Assembly: GCF_009914755.1 (NCBI RefSeq)
Contig: NC_060929.1
Strand: one strand, 5' to 3'
DNA from: the human T2T-CHM13v2.0 reference genome, Homo sapiens
Length of the DNA: 64,000 bases
The position numbers were made by a program, and so were the translations under genes. The notes under the pieces are model-generated. The model was given only the letters and a program-made list of their open reading frames with translations, searched no databases and had not been told where the DNA came from. The number at the start of each line of letters is the position of its first letter. Position 1 is the stretch's first letter. Shown here one piece after another: positions 40,930 to 52,789 of the stretch.

Positions 40930-41090
40930 GGCAATGTGGTAAAATAGAGTGACTTTGTGGTTCAAAGTTAATATGACCTGAATTTATTCTAAAATCACTA
41001 CTTACAAAATATTTGCCTTTGGGAAAATTTTCTCATCTGAAAAGTGGGGAAATATTACCTAATTCACAAGGTTCCTATAAAGATTAAGTT
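40930..41090 (+). mobile_element. MIR relic
   Basis: 'ggcaatgtggtaaaatagagtgactttg...ttctcatctgaaaagtggggaaatattacctaattcacaagg'. Confidence 0.55.
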
Positions 41091-41099
41091 TTTACAGGT

Positions 41100-41525
41100 A
41101 TTTTCTTTTGTCTCTTGGGATTCATTATTCATGTCTCCCTTGCCAATGCAATGATTTCCATTTAGGGCCTGGTGTGGTTGCAGGGAAGATGATCTTACCC
41201 TCTGACCTGTGACCCAAGCTAAACAATCAACTTGTCTACACTCCTGGCCACAGAGGTAGTTTGAATCTCAGGACTTTTTCTGAATATGTTAGGACAAATA
41301 AATTCTTTTTCCAGCCTGACAAACCACAGAAAGGATGTAGCTTTAGGAGCTTCTGACAATCATCTTACAGCCACACAGGAGCCAACAAAAGGGTTGAATA
41401 CTCAAGCCTTACTTGATGCCAAACTGACCTCCGGATGGTTCAGTTACATAACCCAATAGATTTCCTGTGTTTCAACCAGTTTGAGGAAGGTTTCTTTCTT
41501 TTAATTACTTTTGTAACTAATATGT
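41100..41525 (+). mobile_element. Old MLT1-type LTR relic
   Basis: 'tcagttacataacccaatagatttcctgtgtttcaaccagtttgaggaaggtttct' resembles an MLT1 3' end. Confidence 0.45.
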
Positions 41526-44500
41526 TAAACACACATACGATATGATTAAATGTAATTTTATGTTGTTTCCTAAAGTCCCTTTACATATTATTTAGCATGT
41601 GAAAAATTTCCCCGATACCACTGTATGATAACTCCAGCAGGATTTCTGATTCCTCTGCTCACACTCAGGTAATAGAAAATCCTATAACCATTTTAAGTAA
41701 TAAAACATAGTCTTCCTTCAGAAATGTAAAGTCTCAAAAGTTCAACATATTAACCAATCCTTCAGTGTTCATTCAAAAGGAAGACTTTTCCTTCTCTTTA
41801 GCCTATAGACTGGCAAGCCACCTGCCTTCTTCTCTCACCTTCTCCCCATCTCATTAGCTGTTCTCATTGTCTGATCTGGGTCACAGGTATTAGGAGGACA
41901 AAGGTCAAGGAGTTGAATGGAATGACTCTTATTTGGCTGGTGCTTAGTAATGCAGTATTCTGGCTTCCCACTCTATGGGCCATGCATCTATATGTTTTGT
42001 AGGCATACCCATGAGTTCTTCAGAATCCCCTATTAGACCTCTCTTACCACCACCTTCATGATCCACAAAAGGCATATTTTCTTTGACTCACCCTTGTTCT
42101 TTCCCCATAAGTTTCTCTTTCACTGGCCACCCTCACCATGGAGCATTCACTATTGGGATTTACTTATGCTATGATAGAAGCCTTATTGGCCATATTAGAA
42201 ATAATATTTAAAGTGATAAGATCACCCACAAGAATGAAAAAGTTTAAGAACATAAGCTCATCTTTGAAAATATTCATTTGAAACCAGTTTGTATTTTTTA
42301 AAAATTATAAAAACAGTCAAACAGAGCAAGTCAAAGTGACCTGAGAATTAGTTAAAAATAGGAAGAAAAATGAAAACAGGTAACTAAAACTGAAAAACCG
42401 ACAAAACTCCTTAAAGACCTTTGATATGTGGCAAGTCTGTTTTCCTGGTGCACCCAAATTAGCAATACATGAAAAAGCTAATATTCCCTATTAACTAATA
42501 GCTGGCAATATTCATTTTAAACCAGATCATTGTTTCAATTTGCTTTTGATGAAATCTCCCGGTGCCACTTATGAACCGAGGATGGCTCTGTGACCTTAGG
42601 GCTTCTCTGCCTTATGTTCTCCCTGACTTCGCAAAGCTCCTAATGGACCTATGCTTCAATTTCTTCTGCAGCTTTCCCCTTCCTAGAGACATTCCTTCCT
42701 CTGAGCTGCTACTTGTACCAGTAGTTATGGAAGCCCTAGTTATTTTCCCAAACACCTGCTCTCAGCAAAATATTATCATGCTATCTCAAATTTCCGCAGT
42801 CCGACAACCACAATTTTCAGCTCCCAATGTCAATATTTCTTTCATTCTACTTGGGAGTCAGATTGCCCCTGAAGTGTATTTTTATTTTCTTCTTTGGGTA
42901 CCGTGACCTCCTTTTGGATACAACATGTGTGGCAACCTGTCTCACATCCATTTTCATCCTATAGCTTAATGGAGATTAGCATGGGATTTAAAACTTATAT
43001 CCATATTTTCCTCCATATTTAAAACTTAAAACTTGGAGGCAAGCACACAAAATCTCCCTTATTTTGCTGTTCATCTTGTGATACTGAGGCAGAAGTAAAC
43101 CAAGTATGGTTAATATTTTTAATTATTTGTCATGCAAATTAATAACAAATTCCATGTAAAGCATTTATTCCTTTTTCTCTCAATTTCAGTTAATTTGAAG
43201 TTTGGATAGAATGCACAGTGTATACTCAGACTTTCCATGGGTGATTACTTTCTGATTAGAAATCAGCATAATTTTCCTGGCCAAAGGACTAGGGAGGAAA
43301 GGGAGTTAAGTGCTTGTTTTCCCCAAGCACTTAAAAATATTCTTAGAAATACTCTTGCTAAAGATCTCATTATAGCCCTATAACTTTGCAGACCACCTAA
43401 ATTCCTCTATGTCATGGCTCCCATATCTCCAGGAGAAGCCTTCTCAAAGAAATATCCATGAAATCCTTGGGCATTCTGAAGCCATCTTTCTCCATTACCC
43501 AAACATCAGCATCTACTGTTCCTTGGCAGATTTCACAAAGGGCTGCACACCGGGAGACGAAAAGGTAATGATGTGTGTTTGTCTTATGGGTACACTCACA
43601 TTTCAAACTTGTCTACAATTCCACTAAATGAAAGGAGTTGTTAAACCATAACAAAAGCTAAATAAAAATAAACATTAAACTGTAAAATGAATAAAAACTG
43701 TCATTAGGTGTAACCTAAACAGTCTGTGTGTGGTTTCTTAGAATGACAAGTAAACAATAAACACTAAGTGTTGTCAAGTAGCTTCAACAAAAAGTGTTTC
43801 CATGCATGTGCAAATAGGGAGATGTGCTGTAGCAAGCACCAAATCACAGGAGCTTTGCGGGCAATCACACTGGCAGCAAATAAAAAGTCTCCACCTGCCA
43901 GGGTGGCCTTATTTTCCTCCTTCAGTCAGGGTGACAGAAATTCTCTCTCTCTAATTGAATATCCAGTGGCCCTTTAGTCTGCTTTTAACTGCTTATTTAA
44001 CAAAGCACTTGAAGAAATTGTTGTAAGAACTAGTCCCCTTTTAGATTATTTTAGTGGCAGAACTTTTTTCAAAGCCACAAATGCAGTATCAGCATTCATA
44101 GTGTGTATTCATAATAAAAATGAAACTCCCTTTCCACTCCATAATGACAGGGTCATGCAAAAATAAATACCTGAGTTATTTGCTTATTTCCTCCTTGCCT
44201 TGAGTCAGAAACCACAGACTCCAATGCCCACTAGGACCAGGCAATTTACATAAATAAATGAAGCCAGCTGGGTGTAAGACAGAATGTGGAGAGATGGGGA
44301 CTTAGGATAGCAGATAGCGTACACCTGTCCAAAAATTACAGCCGTTTTCCAATCTTTAAAATCTGGCGCTGCCCAAAGAAAACATCTCCAGGCTGAATTC
44401 AGCACACAGGGTAGATGTAGCAGGCCATTTTATCACTTTTATGTTAATTAAGTTAAAGTTAATCAGAAGAGCTTAAGAAAGCCGATATTCCATCACCTGG

Positions 44501-45092
44501 AGTTTTGGTTAAAAGTCCAAGTCAGGTTTATCATAAAGGAGATAAAGATCTTCCTACTCTCCTCCGACACTCCCCTCCCCACAATTAAAACAACACTAAT
44601 CAGTAATAAAATAATCAAGTATATTACTAACAAAGCCACATATTTAAACAATTATGTTCTCATTTACTTGTGACCTTTACAGTAGCTTTGATTATATGTT
44701 GCAGCTATGCACTAGTCATTTTGATTCATAAAACAGACCTTTGCAGAAGAAAAGCAAAGTAATATGCATATATTATGCACTTTGAACATCTTTCAGCTGA
44801 TACTGGTAAGAAACTTTTTCAACTTCATATTGTAATAAATATAATATTCATTTGATCTACTGGGAATCAAATATAAAATAATGTGTTTGTCAAAAGCTAA
44901 GTATGCTGCATTAACTTGAACTGTTTGTACTGATCTTAGCACAGAGTATCTAGCAAATACAATGTCAAAGTCCAGCTCTAAAGATATCTGTTTTCCAAAT
45001 AAAGAAGCAGAGAGTATAATGAGATAGTTTGCTATAATAGGCCACAGCCTATACATATATATTCTCTCTTTTCATTATTGTACCAACTTTCT

Positions 45093-45397
45093 TTTCTTTT
45101 TTCTTTTTTTTTTTTGAGATGGAGGCTCACTCTGTTGCCCAGGCTGGAGTGCAGTGGTGCCATCTCGGCTCACTGCAACCTCCGCCCCTCCAGGTTTTAA
45201 GCAATTCTCTGCCTCAGCCTCCGGAGTAGCTGGGATTACAGGCACGTGCCACCACGCCCGGCTAATTTTTTGTATTTTTAGTAGAGACAGGGTTTCACCA
45301 TCTTGGCCAGGCTGGTCTTGAACTCCTGACCTCGTGATCCACCTACCTCGGCCTCCCAAAGTGCTGGGATTACAGGCGTAAGCCACCGCGCCCAGCC
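45093..45397 (-). mobile_element. Full-length AluS (Sg-like)
   Basis: Complete antisense dimer; 17-bp TSD tattgtacCaactttct (45076-45092) / tattgtacTaactttct (45398-45414). Confidence 0.97.
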
Positions 45398-46429
45398 TAT
45401 TGTACTAACTTTCTAAAGGTGGTTATTATCTACATTGACAAGAACACTGAGGTTCAAGGAAGTCAAATGACTTGTGGTAGAGAAACCTCTGAAACTCATC
45501 CTTAGCCATGCAGGGTTTTATTTTCTTTAAACCATATTGATTTCCAAAGTTTGAAGGAAAAGTCTGTGCTTGCAACACTTCTTCAATATTTGGGTTCCCA
45601 TTTTCTGTTAATTTTATGTATAAATTTGTGGTTACTGTCACAGAAGCAAGTCCAGACTCATTTAGAAACACTTAGATATTGTCATTTCCTTGTGCTCCTT
45701 TAATAAACTTAAACATAGCTAGTGAGTCAAGAGATAGCCTGCACTTGGTTTCCTTATGTCCCTTTGACAGATCTTAGTACATAGTTGTGAAAGAGAAGGT
45801 AGTAATTATTGAGGAGAAAGGAAGATGGAGGCAGATTTCCAGCTGATGAACTTGTCACAGGAGGATCCCTGTGGACTGGTGGAAAAGAATGGAGGCTGAT
45901 TGTCAAAGAGGCTGACAGCCCTACTCCTTCCTAGGGGTTCAAGTTTATAGTAATGGAAGTAACTACACACAGTTGTAAATTCTTTCTTATAAAATTCTTG
46001 TTCTTCAGCTGCACTCCTAAGAAAAATGCTACCATGCTTATGGGGAGCTAAAACTTCACCTTTAATTCATTAGGATAAATCTGTTTATGCTTCACAAGTA
46101 GAAAGAAAGTGTCAAAGAGCTCCCTCCAATAATTTCTGACTTTTGTCTCATTTTCCTCCATATTTACTTTTTTTTTATTTCTTCTTCCTCTATTAGGCTC
46201 AAATGTTCTTTTTTGTCTTCTATATTTTTATAAATGGAATTTTAGTTTCATTTCATCTATTTCATTATGCCTCAATTTTAATCTTGTACTGATTAAAATC
46301 TTTATTAATATTCTTGGAAGAGATTTTTTTAAGAGTCTTTCTTGGCAAAATGCACCTTTAAAGTCATAAGTAGATGATATTTCTGAGTGGCTAAAACATG
46401 GGTGGCGTAACACCAATTTTGATTCATGG

Positions 46430-46640
46430 CCTAATTTTGACACTTGCTCTATGCCCTGGCTCTTGCCACTAACTAGCCATGTGACCTTAGGCAAGTTATT
46501 GAAACTCTCTGTGCCTTCTCTCTAACATGGTAATGGTAATAATAAATAACTTTTTGAGCACTTAAGACTTAGAATGTAAATCTCTTAGAAGAATGCTTGG
46601 TATATAGTAAATTGCTCTAAAATGTTTGCTGTTATTACTG
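46430..46640 (+). mobile_element. MIR
   Basis: 'ctggctcttgccactaactagccatgtgaccttaggcaagttattgaaactctctgtgcct'. Confidence 0.8.
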
Positions 46641-47065
46641 TTAGCAATTAAGACTTTATGCGAGTTCTCCAAACTTTCTAAGATACTAGTTTTTCATCAA
46701 AAATTGGAATAAAGGTACATTCTTCATAGGTGTGTTGTATTTTCTAACAGATATAATCTATGTAAAGCAGGGTTTTCCACAAACATACTCATGTAGCGCA
46801 TTCCCCGTGGTAAGTGATGCATTTATCATACAAATTCCAAACCTTGACCTCATTTCCAAGGTTCTTCAACTCCACCTCATCTCATTAACTTTCCTCCACA
46901 TTAATCCCTGGGACCTTGTCAACACCAGAAAGAGAGATATGTTTATAGTTTTAGATGACAGCATTCCCACATTCTGACCACAGCTTTCTCTGTCCTGTCA
47001 TTGCTCTGTCTGGTAAAATTTAATTGTCAATCTTCCTGCCCTCACATCTAAGCAACCAAGTTTTC

Positions 47066-47158
47066 TTTTTTTTTTTTTTTAATTATACTTTAAGTTCTAG
47101 GATACATGTGCAGAACATGCAGGTTTGTTACATAGGTATACACCATGCCATGGTGGTT
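47066..47158 (-). mobile_element. Severely 5'-truncated L1PA 3' end (~90 bp)
   Basis: Poly(T) then 'attatactttaagttctaggatacatgtgcagaacatgcaggtttgttacataggtatac'; 19-bp TSD tctaagcaacCaagttttc (47047-47065) / tctaagcaacTaagttttc (47159-47177). Confidence 0.93.
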
Positions 47159-49565
47159 TCTAAGCAACTAAGTTTTCATGGAATGGGCCATACAATGGCA
47201 AACACTGGTGCCACCAAGAGGTCATAATTTCTGACTAATTGGAAGATGGGGCATGTGCAGGCAAGAAGACAGTCATTTCCTCTCCTCTAAGCTCTCAGTC
47301 TGGGGCTATAAGTTAACCCAAGGAGACGCAGGCTACCATTTATTATACTCCCAACCCCATATTGCAGGAGCTCTATTCCAGGAAGATATGGCAGAGAAGA
47401 CTGGTCTTTCTTCTCCCACTCAGCTCCAACTGCTAGGCGGGAAGCTCTATTCCCAGTGGCCACTCTCCTGTCCACTGCCCACTTATACAATGGAGTATCA
47501 TTCTGGGTTCCTTCTCCCAGCTCCAGTGCAATGATAGTGGGTGGTACAGGGGTTCTGCCTAGGGGTAAAGGTAAGCCATAATGGTTAAGAGCACTGCACT
47601 TCTTCCATAGGTTCTAAATTTATTTGGAACAGAGTGAATAATTCTACACCTATGAATGTTGTTGAAAACAGTGGTAATATTGGTGGGGAACAATTGTAAG
47701 ATAGGTATCTCTGATACAAGCAAGCAAGGTGATAGAGAAACTGAATAGAAAGAACCAAAGAAAGAGACAACCAAAAAGAGTCCTCCTAAGATCACAGTGA
47801 AGTCTGTGTACATGTGCTAGGCTGCACCCACTGAAAAGCAATCAGAGCAAAACCTGGGGAAGACGTGAAAACATTCCCTAAGCCACACACTGAAACACTT
47901 TATATTTAATAATAGAAATATATTAAAATTAAACTTATGAAAAAAGATATACCATGCAAATGATAACTATAAACTAGTTTAAATAGTGATAGTAATATCA
48001 GACAAAAAAGACTTAAAACAAAAAAAATTACTAGAGATTTTGTAGTCAACTCATCAGAAAGTTATAACAATTATAAACACATATGCACCTAACTACAGAA
48101 CCCTCAAATACATGAAACAAATAAAGAATTTAAGGAAAAAATTGACAAATCAACACTAATAATGTGGGAGAAATCAATACCCCACTTTCAATAAGGATGA
48201 GAACAACTGGACAGAAGATCAACAAAAAAGTAGAAGGCTTGAACAACATTATAAACCAAATAGACTAACAAACATTTATAGAACATTCTACCGAACAGTA
48301 ACAGAATGCACATTCTTCTCGAGGGCATATAAAATATTTTCTAGGGTAGACCATATGTTAGGCCTTAAAACAAGTTTGATAAATTTAAAAGCAATGAAAT
48401 CATGTAAAGCAGTTGGAATGGAATTAGAATGCAATGGAATTAGAAACCAATAACAGAAGAATTTTGGAAAAATAATAAATATGTGAAAATTAAACATTAT
48501 ACTGTTAAGTAAACAATAGATCAAAGAAGAGACCAGAAGGGAAATTTAAAAATACTTTCAATGAATGAAAATGAAAACATGCCCTACCAACACTATGAAA
48601 TATAACTAAGGCAGTGCTCAGAGAAAAATTTATAGCTGTAAACACCTATATTTAAAAAGAAAAAATATCTCAAATCAATAACCTAATTTTTCACAATAGA
48701 AACTAGAAAAAGGAGAGCTTATTGAACCCAAATCAAGGAAAAAGAAGAAAATTTTAAACACCGGCATGGAACTAAGTGTGATAGAGTATTTTTAAAAAGT
48801 TTAGAAAATCAACAAACCAAAAGCTGATATTTTGAAAAGATCAATAAAGTTGATAGATCTTTAGCTAAATTGATTAAGAAAAAAAGAGAGGAGGTTGAAA
48901 TTACTAAAATCAGAAATGAAAACGGGGGCATCACTATAGAACTTACAGAAACAAAAAGTATTATAAAGAAATACTATGAACAATTTCATGCCAACAAATT
49001 AGGTAATTAAATGAAAATGAACTAATTTCTAGAAAGACACAAAATACTGAAACTCAAGAAGAAACAGAAATTCTAACCAGGTCTGTAACAAGTAGAGATT
49101 AAATCAGTCATTAAAAATCTTCTCACAAAGAAAAGACCAGGGCCAGATGACTTCACTCGTGAATTCTACCAAACATTCAAAGAAAAAATAATTATACTTC
49201 ACAAACTCTTCCAGGAAATAGAAGAGGAGGGATCCCTTTCCAACTTATTATATGATGCCAGTATTACTCTGATACCAAAACCAAAAAGATATCACAAATA
49301 TAGATGCAAAAATTTCTCAACAAAATACTAAAAAACAGTGTTGGCTTAATATTTAAAATAAATTAACATAGCATGCCATATAATCATCTCAATAGATGCA
49401 GAAAAAGCATATCCAAATCCAAAACCTATTTACAATAAAAACAATAAAAAGAAGCTAGCTTTCTCAATATGATAAAGCACACCTACAAAAGCCCCACAAT
49501 TAACATCTTAGTAGTAAAGTCTAGATACGTTATCTCAATATCAAGAACAATACAGGGTGTCACAC

Positions 49566-49955
49566 TTTTTTTTTTAATACTTTAAGTTCTGGGATACATG
49601 CGCAGAAAGTGCAGGTTTGTTATATAGGTATACACGTGTCATGGTGGTTTGCTGCACCCATCATCCCGTCATCTACATTAGATATTTCTCCTAATGCTAT
49701 CCCTCCACTAGCCCTCCACCCCCCGACAGGCCCCAGTGTGCGATGTTCCCCTCCCTGCGTCCATGTGTTCTCATTGTTCAACTCCCACTTATGAGTGAGA
49801 ACATGTGGTGTTTGGTTTTCTGTTCCTGTGTTAGTTTGCTGAGAATGATGGTTTCCAGCTTCATCCATGTTCCTGCAAAGGACATGAATTCATCCTTTTT
49901 ATGGCTGCATAGTATTCCATGGTGCATATGTGCCACATTTTCTTTATCCAGTCTA
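49566..49955 (-). mobile_element. 5'-truncated L1PA (L1PA7/8-like) 3' end
   Basis: 'tactttaagttctgggatacatgcgcagaa...cccgacaggccccagtgtgcgatgttcccctcc...ttctttatccagtcta'. Confidence 0.92.
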
Positions 49956-50248
49956 TATTTAATATTGTACTAGAGGTTCTGGCCATGGAAATTATACAAG
50001 AATAGAAATACAAGGCTTCCAGATTAGAAGGAAAAAAATACTATCTTCATTTGCAGATGAAATGGTCTTGTATGTAGAAAATCTTTGGGAGCACACAATC
50101 ACATACACACACACACACATCCCCTATTAGAACTAAAAAAAATGAGTTCAGCATGATGGCAGGATATAAGAGCAATATGTAAAAATCAATTGTATTTCTA
50201 CACACTTTCAGTAAACATTTTAAGAATGAAATTAAGAAAACAATTCCA

Positions 50249-50630
<382 letters not shown>

Positions 50631-50778
50631 CTAATACAGTGAAGGCTACAAAAATTGTTGAAACAAATTAGTCATTCTTATAACTAGAAAGATGTTCTAT
50701 GATCAAAACCTAATATTGTTAAGATATTAGTACTGTCCAAATTGATCAGCAGATTTTATGCAACCATTATTGGAATAC

Positions 50779-50812
<34 letters not shown>

Positions 50813-51952
50813 AGAAATTGACAAACTAATCTCAAAATTATATGGAACTCAAGTGACCCAGAATAGCCGGAAAAAAAACTTGAAAAAAAGAGAACACAAT
50901 TGGAGGGTAACATTTCCTGATTTCAAAACTTTACAAAACTATAGTAATCAAGACACTGTGAAAATGACATAAGGATAAACACACAAATCAATGGAATAGA
51001 ATTTAGAGTCCAAAAACAAACTCTTACATTTATGGCCAGCTGATTTTTGACAAGGGTGCCACGAAAATCCAATGAGGAAAAAAATAGTCTTTTTAACAAA
51101 TGGTGATGAGATAACTGGATATTTACTAGCGAAAGAATGAAGTTGGACCCGTACTCCCACTATACACAAAAATTAACCCAAAGTGGATCAAAGACCGAAA
51201 TGTTACAGCTAAAACATGAGAAAACATAGGTGTAAATCCTTATGACTTTGTGTTAGGTAATGATTTCTTAGATACAACACCAAAAGCACAAGCAACAAAA
51301 GAAAAAAATAGATAAATGGAATTACATCAACATTAAAATCTTTGTGATGCAAAAGATACCATCAAAAAAATGAGAACATAATCCTACAGAATGGGAGAAA
51401 ATATTTACAAATAATATATCTGATAATGGATTTGTACCCAGAACATGTTTTTAAAGGTCTTTAAAATTCAATAATAAAAAGACAAACTTATTTTAAAACA
51501 GGCAAAAGATTTCAACAGACATTTCTCCAAAGATACATAAATGGCTAATAAGCACATGAAGATACTCAACATCAATAGTTACCACAGATATGCAAATCAA
51601 AATCACAATAAAATATAACTTCACATCCACTAGGATGGCTACAATTAAAACGACAGACAATAACAAGTGTTAATTCGGATATGGAGAAATTGGAATTCTT
51701 GTTAGATTATAGAAGTAATGAAAAATAATGCAACTACTTTGGAAAACAGTTTAGTAATTCCTCAAAACATTAACCATATGTTTAATAAACATTAAACATT
51801 TCATATGATTCAACAATTCCACTCCTAAGTATATACCCAAGATAAATGAAAACATACATGTATACAAAAACTTGTACACAATTATTCATAACATAGCAAC
51901 ATTGTTTATAATAAATAAAAAGTGGAAATAACCTAAATTTCTATCAACTGTT

Positions 51953-52167
51953 TTTTATTGAAATAAGTCAAAAACTTTATTGACCTATAACCTGATTAGA
52001 ATATGCCAGATGAGAATCAATATTGTACAGAAAGCTGTACAAAACTTTTTTACATGGAAGACTTTACATCTGTAGCATATACATTTTATCCATCTGAAAA
52101 AAATGTCTACATCCACTGTTAATACAGAACGCTTGACAATTTTGTCTTTCAACCATCAGAGCACAAT
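51953..52167 (-). pseudogene. Putative processed-pseudogene fragment (3' end of an unidentified mRNA)
   Basis: Non-L1 215-bp insert interrupts the L1M; AATAAA on - at 51976-51981, ~20 nt before a short A tract; TSD tcaactgtt at 51944-51952 and 52168-52176. Confidence 0.7.
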
Positions 52168-52789
52168 TCAACTGTTGAATGAACAAATAAAATGTGGAAG
52201 TGGTATATCCATACCATGGAATAGTACTCACTAATAAAAAGGAATGAAGTACTGAGATGTAGTGCAGTGTAATTGGACCTCAAAAATCTTACATTAAGTC
52301 AAAGAAGCCATACACAAAAGGCCACACATTTTAGGATTTCACTTATGTGAAATGTCCAGAATAGACAAAGTAATAAAGACAGAAAGTAGATTACCATTTG
52401 TTTAGGGCTCTGGATGAGGGGAAAGGGATTGACTGCTAAAGGGTATGGGATTTCTTTTAAGATGTTGAAAATGTTCTAAAATTAGATTGTTGTGATGGTT
52501 GCACAACCTTGTGAATATATTAAAAACACTGAATTGTACACTTTTAAATTGGCAAATTATATATGAATTATATTTCAATTAAACTATTTTTTAAAAAAGA
52601 AAATTATGTAATAGCCAACCTAACAAATGCATAGAAATTACAATTCCATTACATAATAATTGAGCAGTTGTAAACAAAAGACAGAGTCTAGGCTCATCAA
52701 CAAATATTTCTTAGTAAATGCTTTGAGAGGGGTTTGTATTTTTTGATCCCTCCTCACTCCCCATTAAGACACATGTGCATGCAGACTCC

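Noticed and set aside
43306-43334. miR-302-like microRNA gene
   Set aside because: Only the seed region matches and the hairpin is 29 nt, far short of a pre-miRNA.
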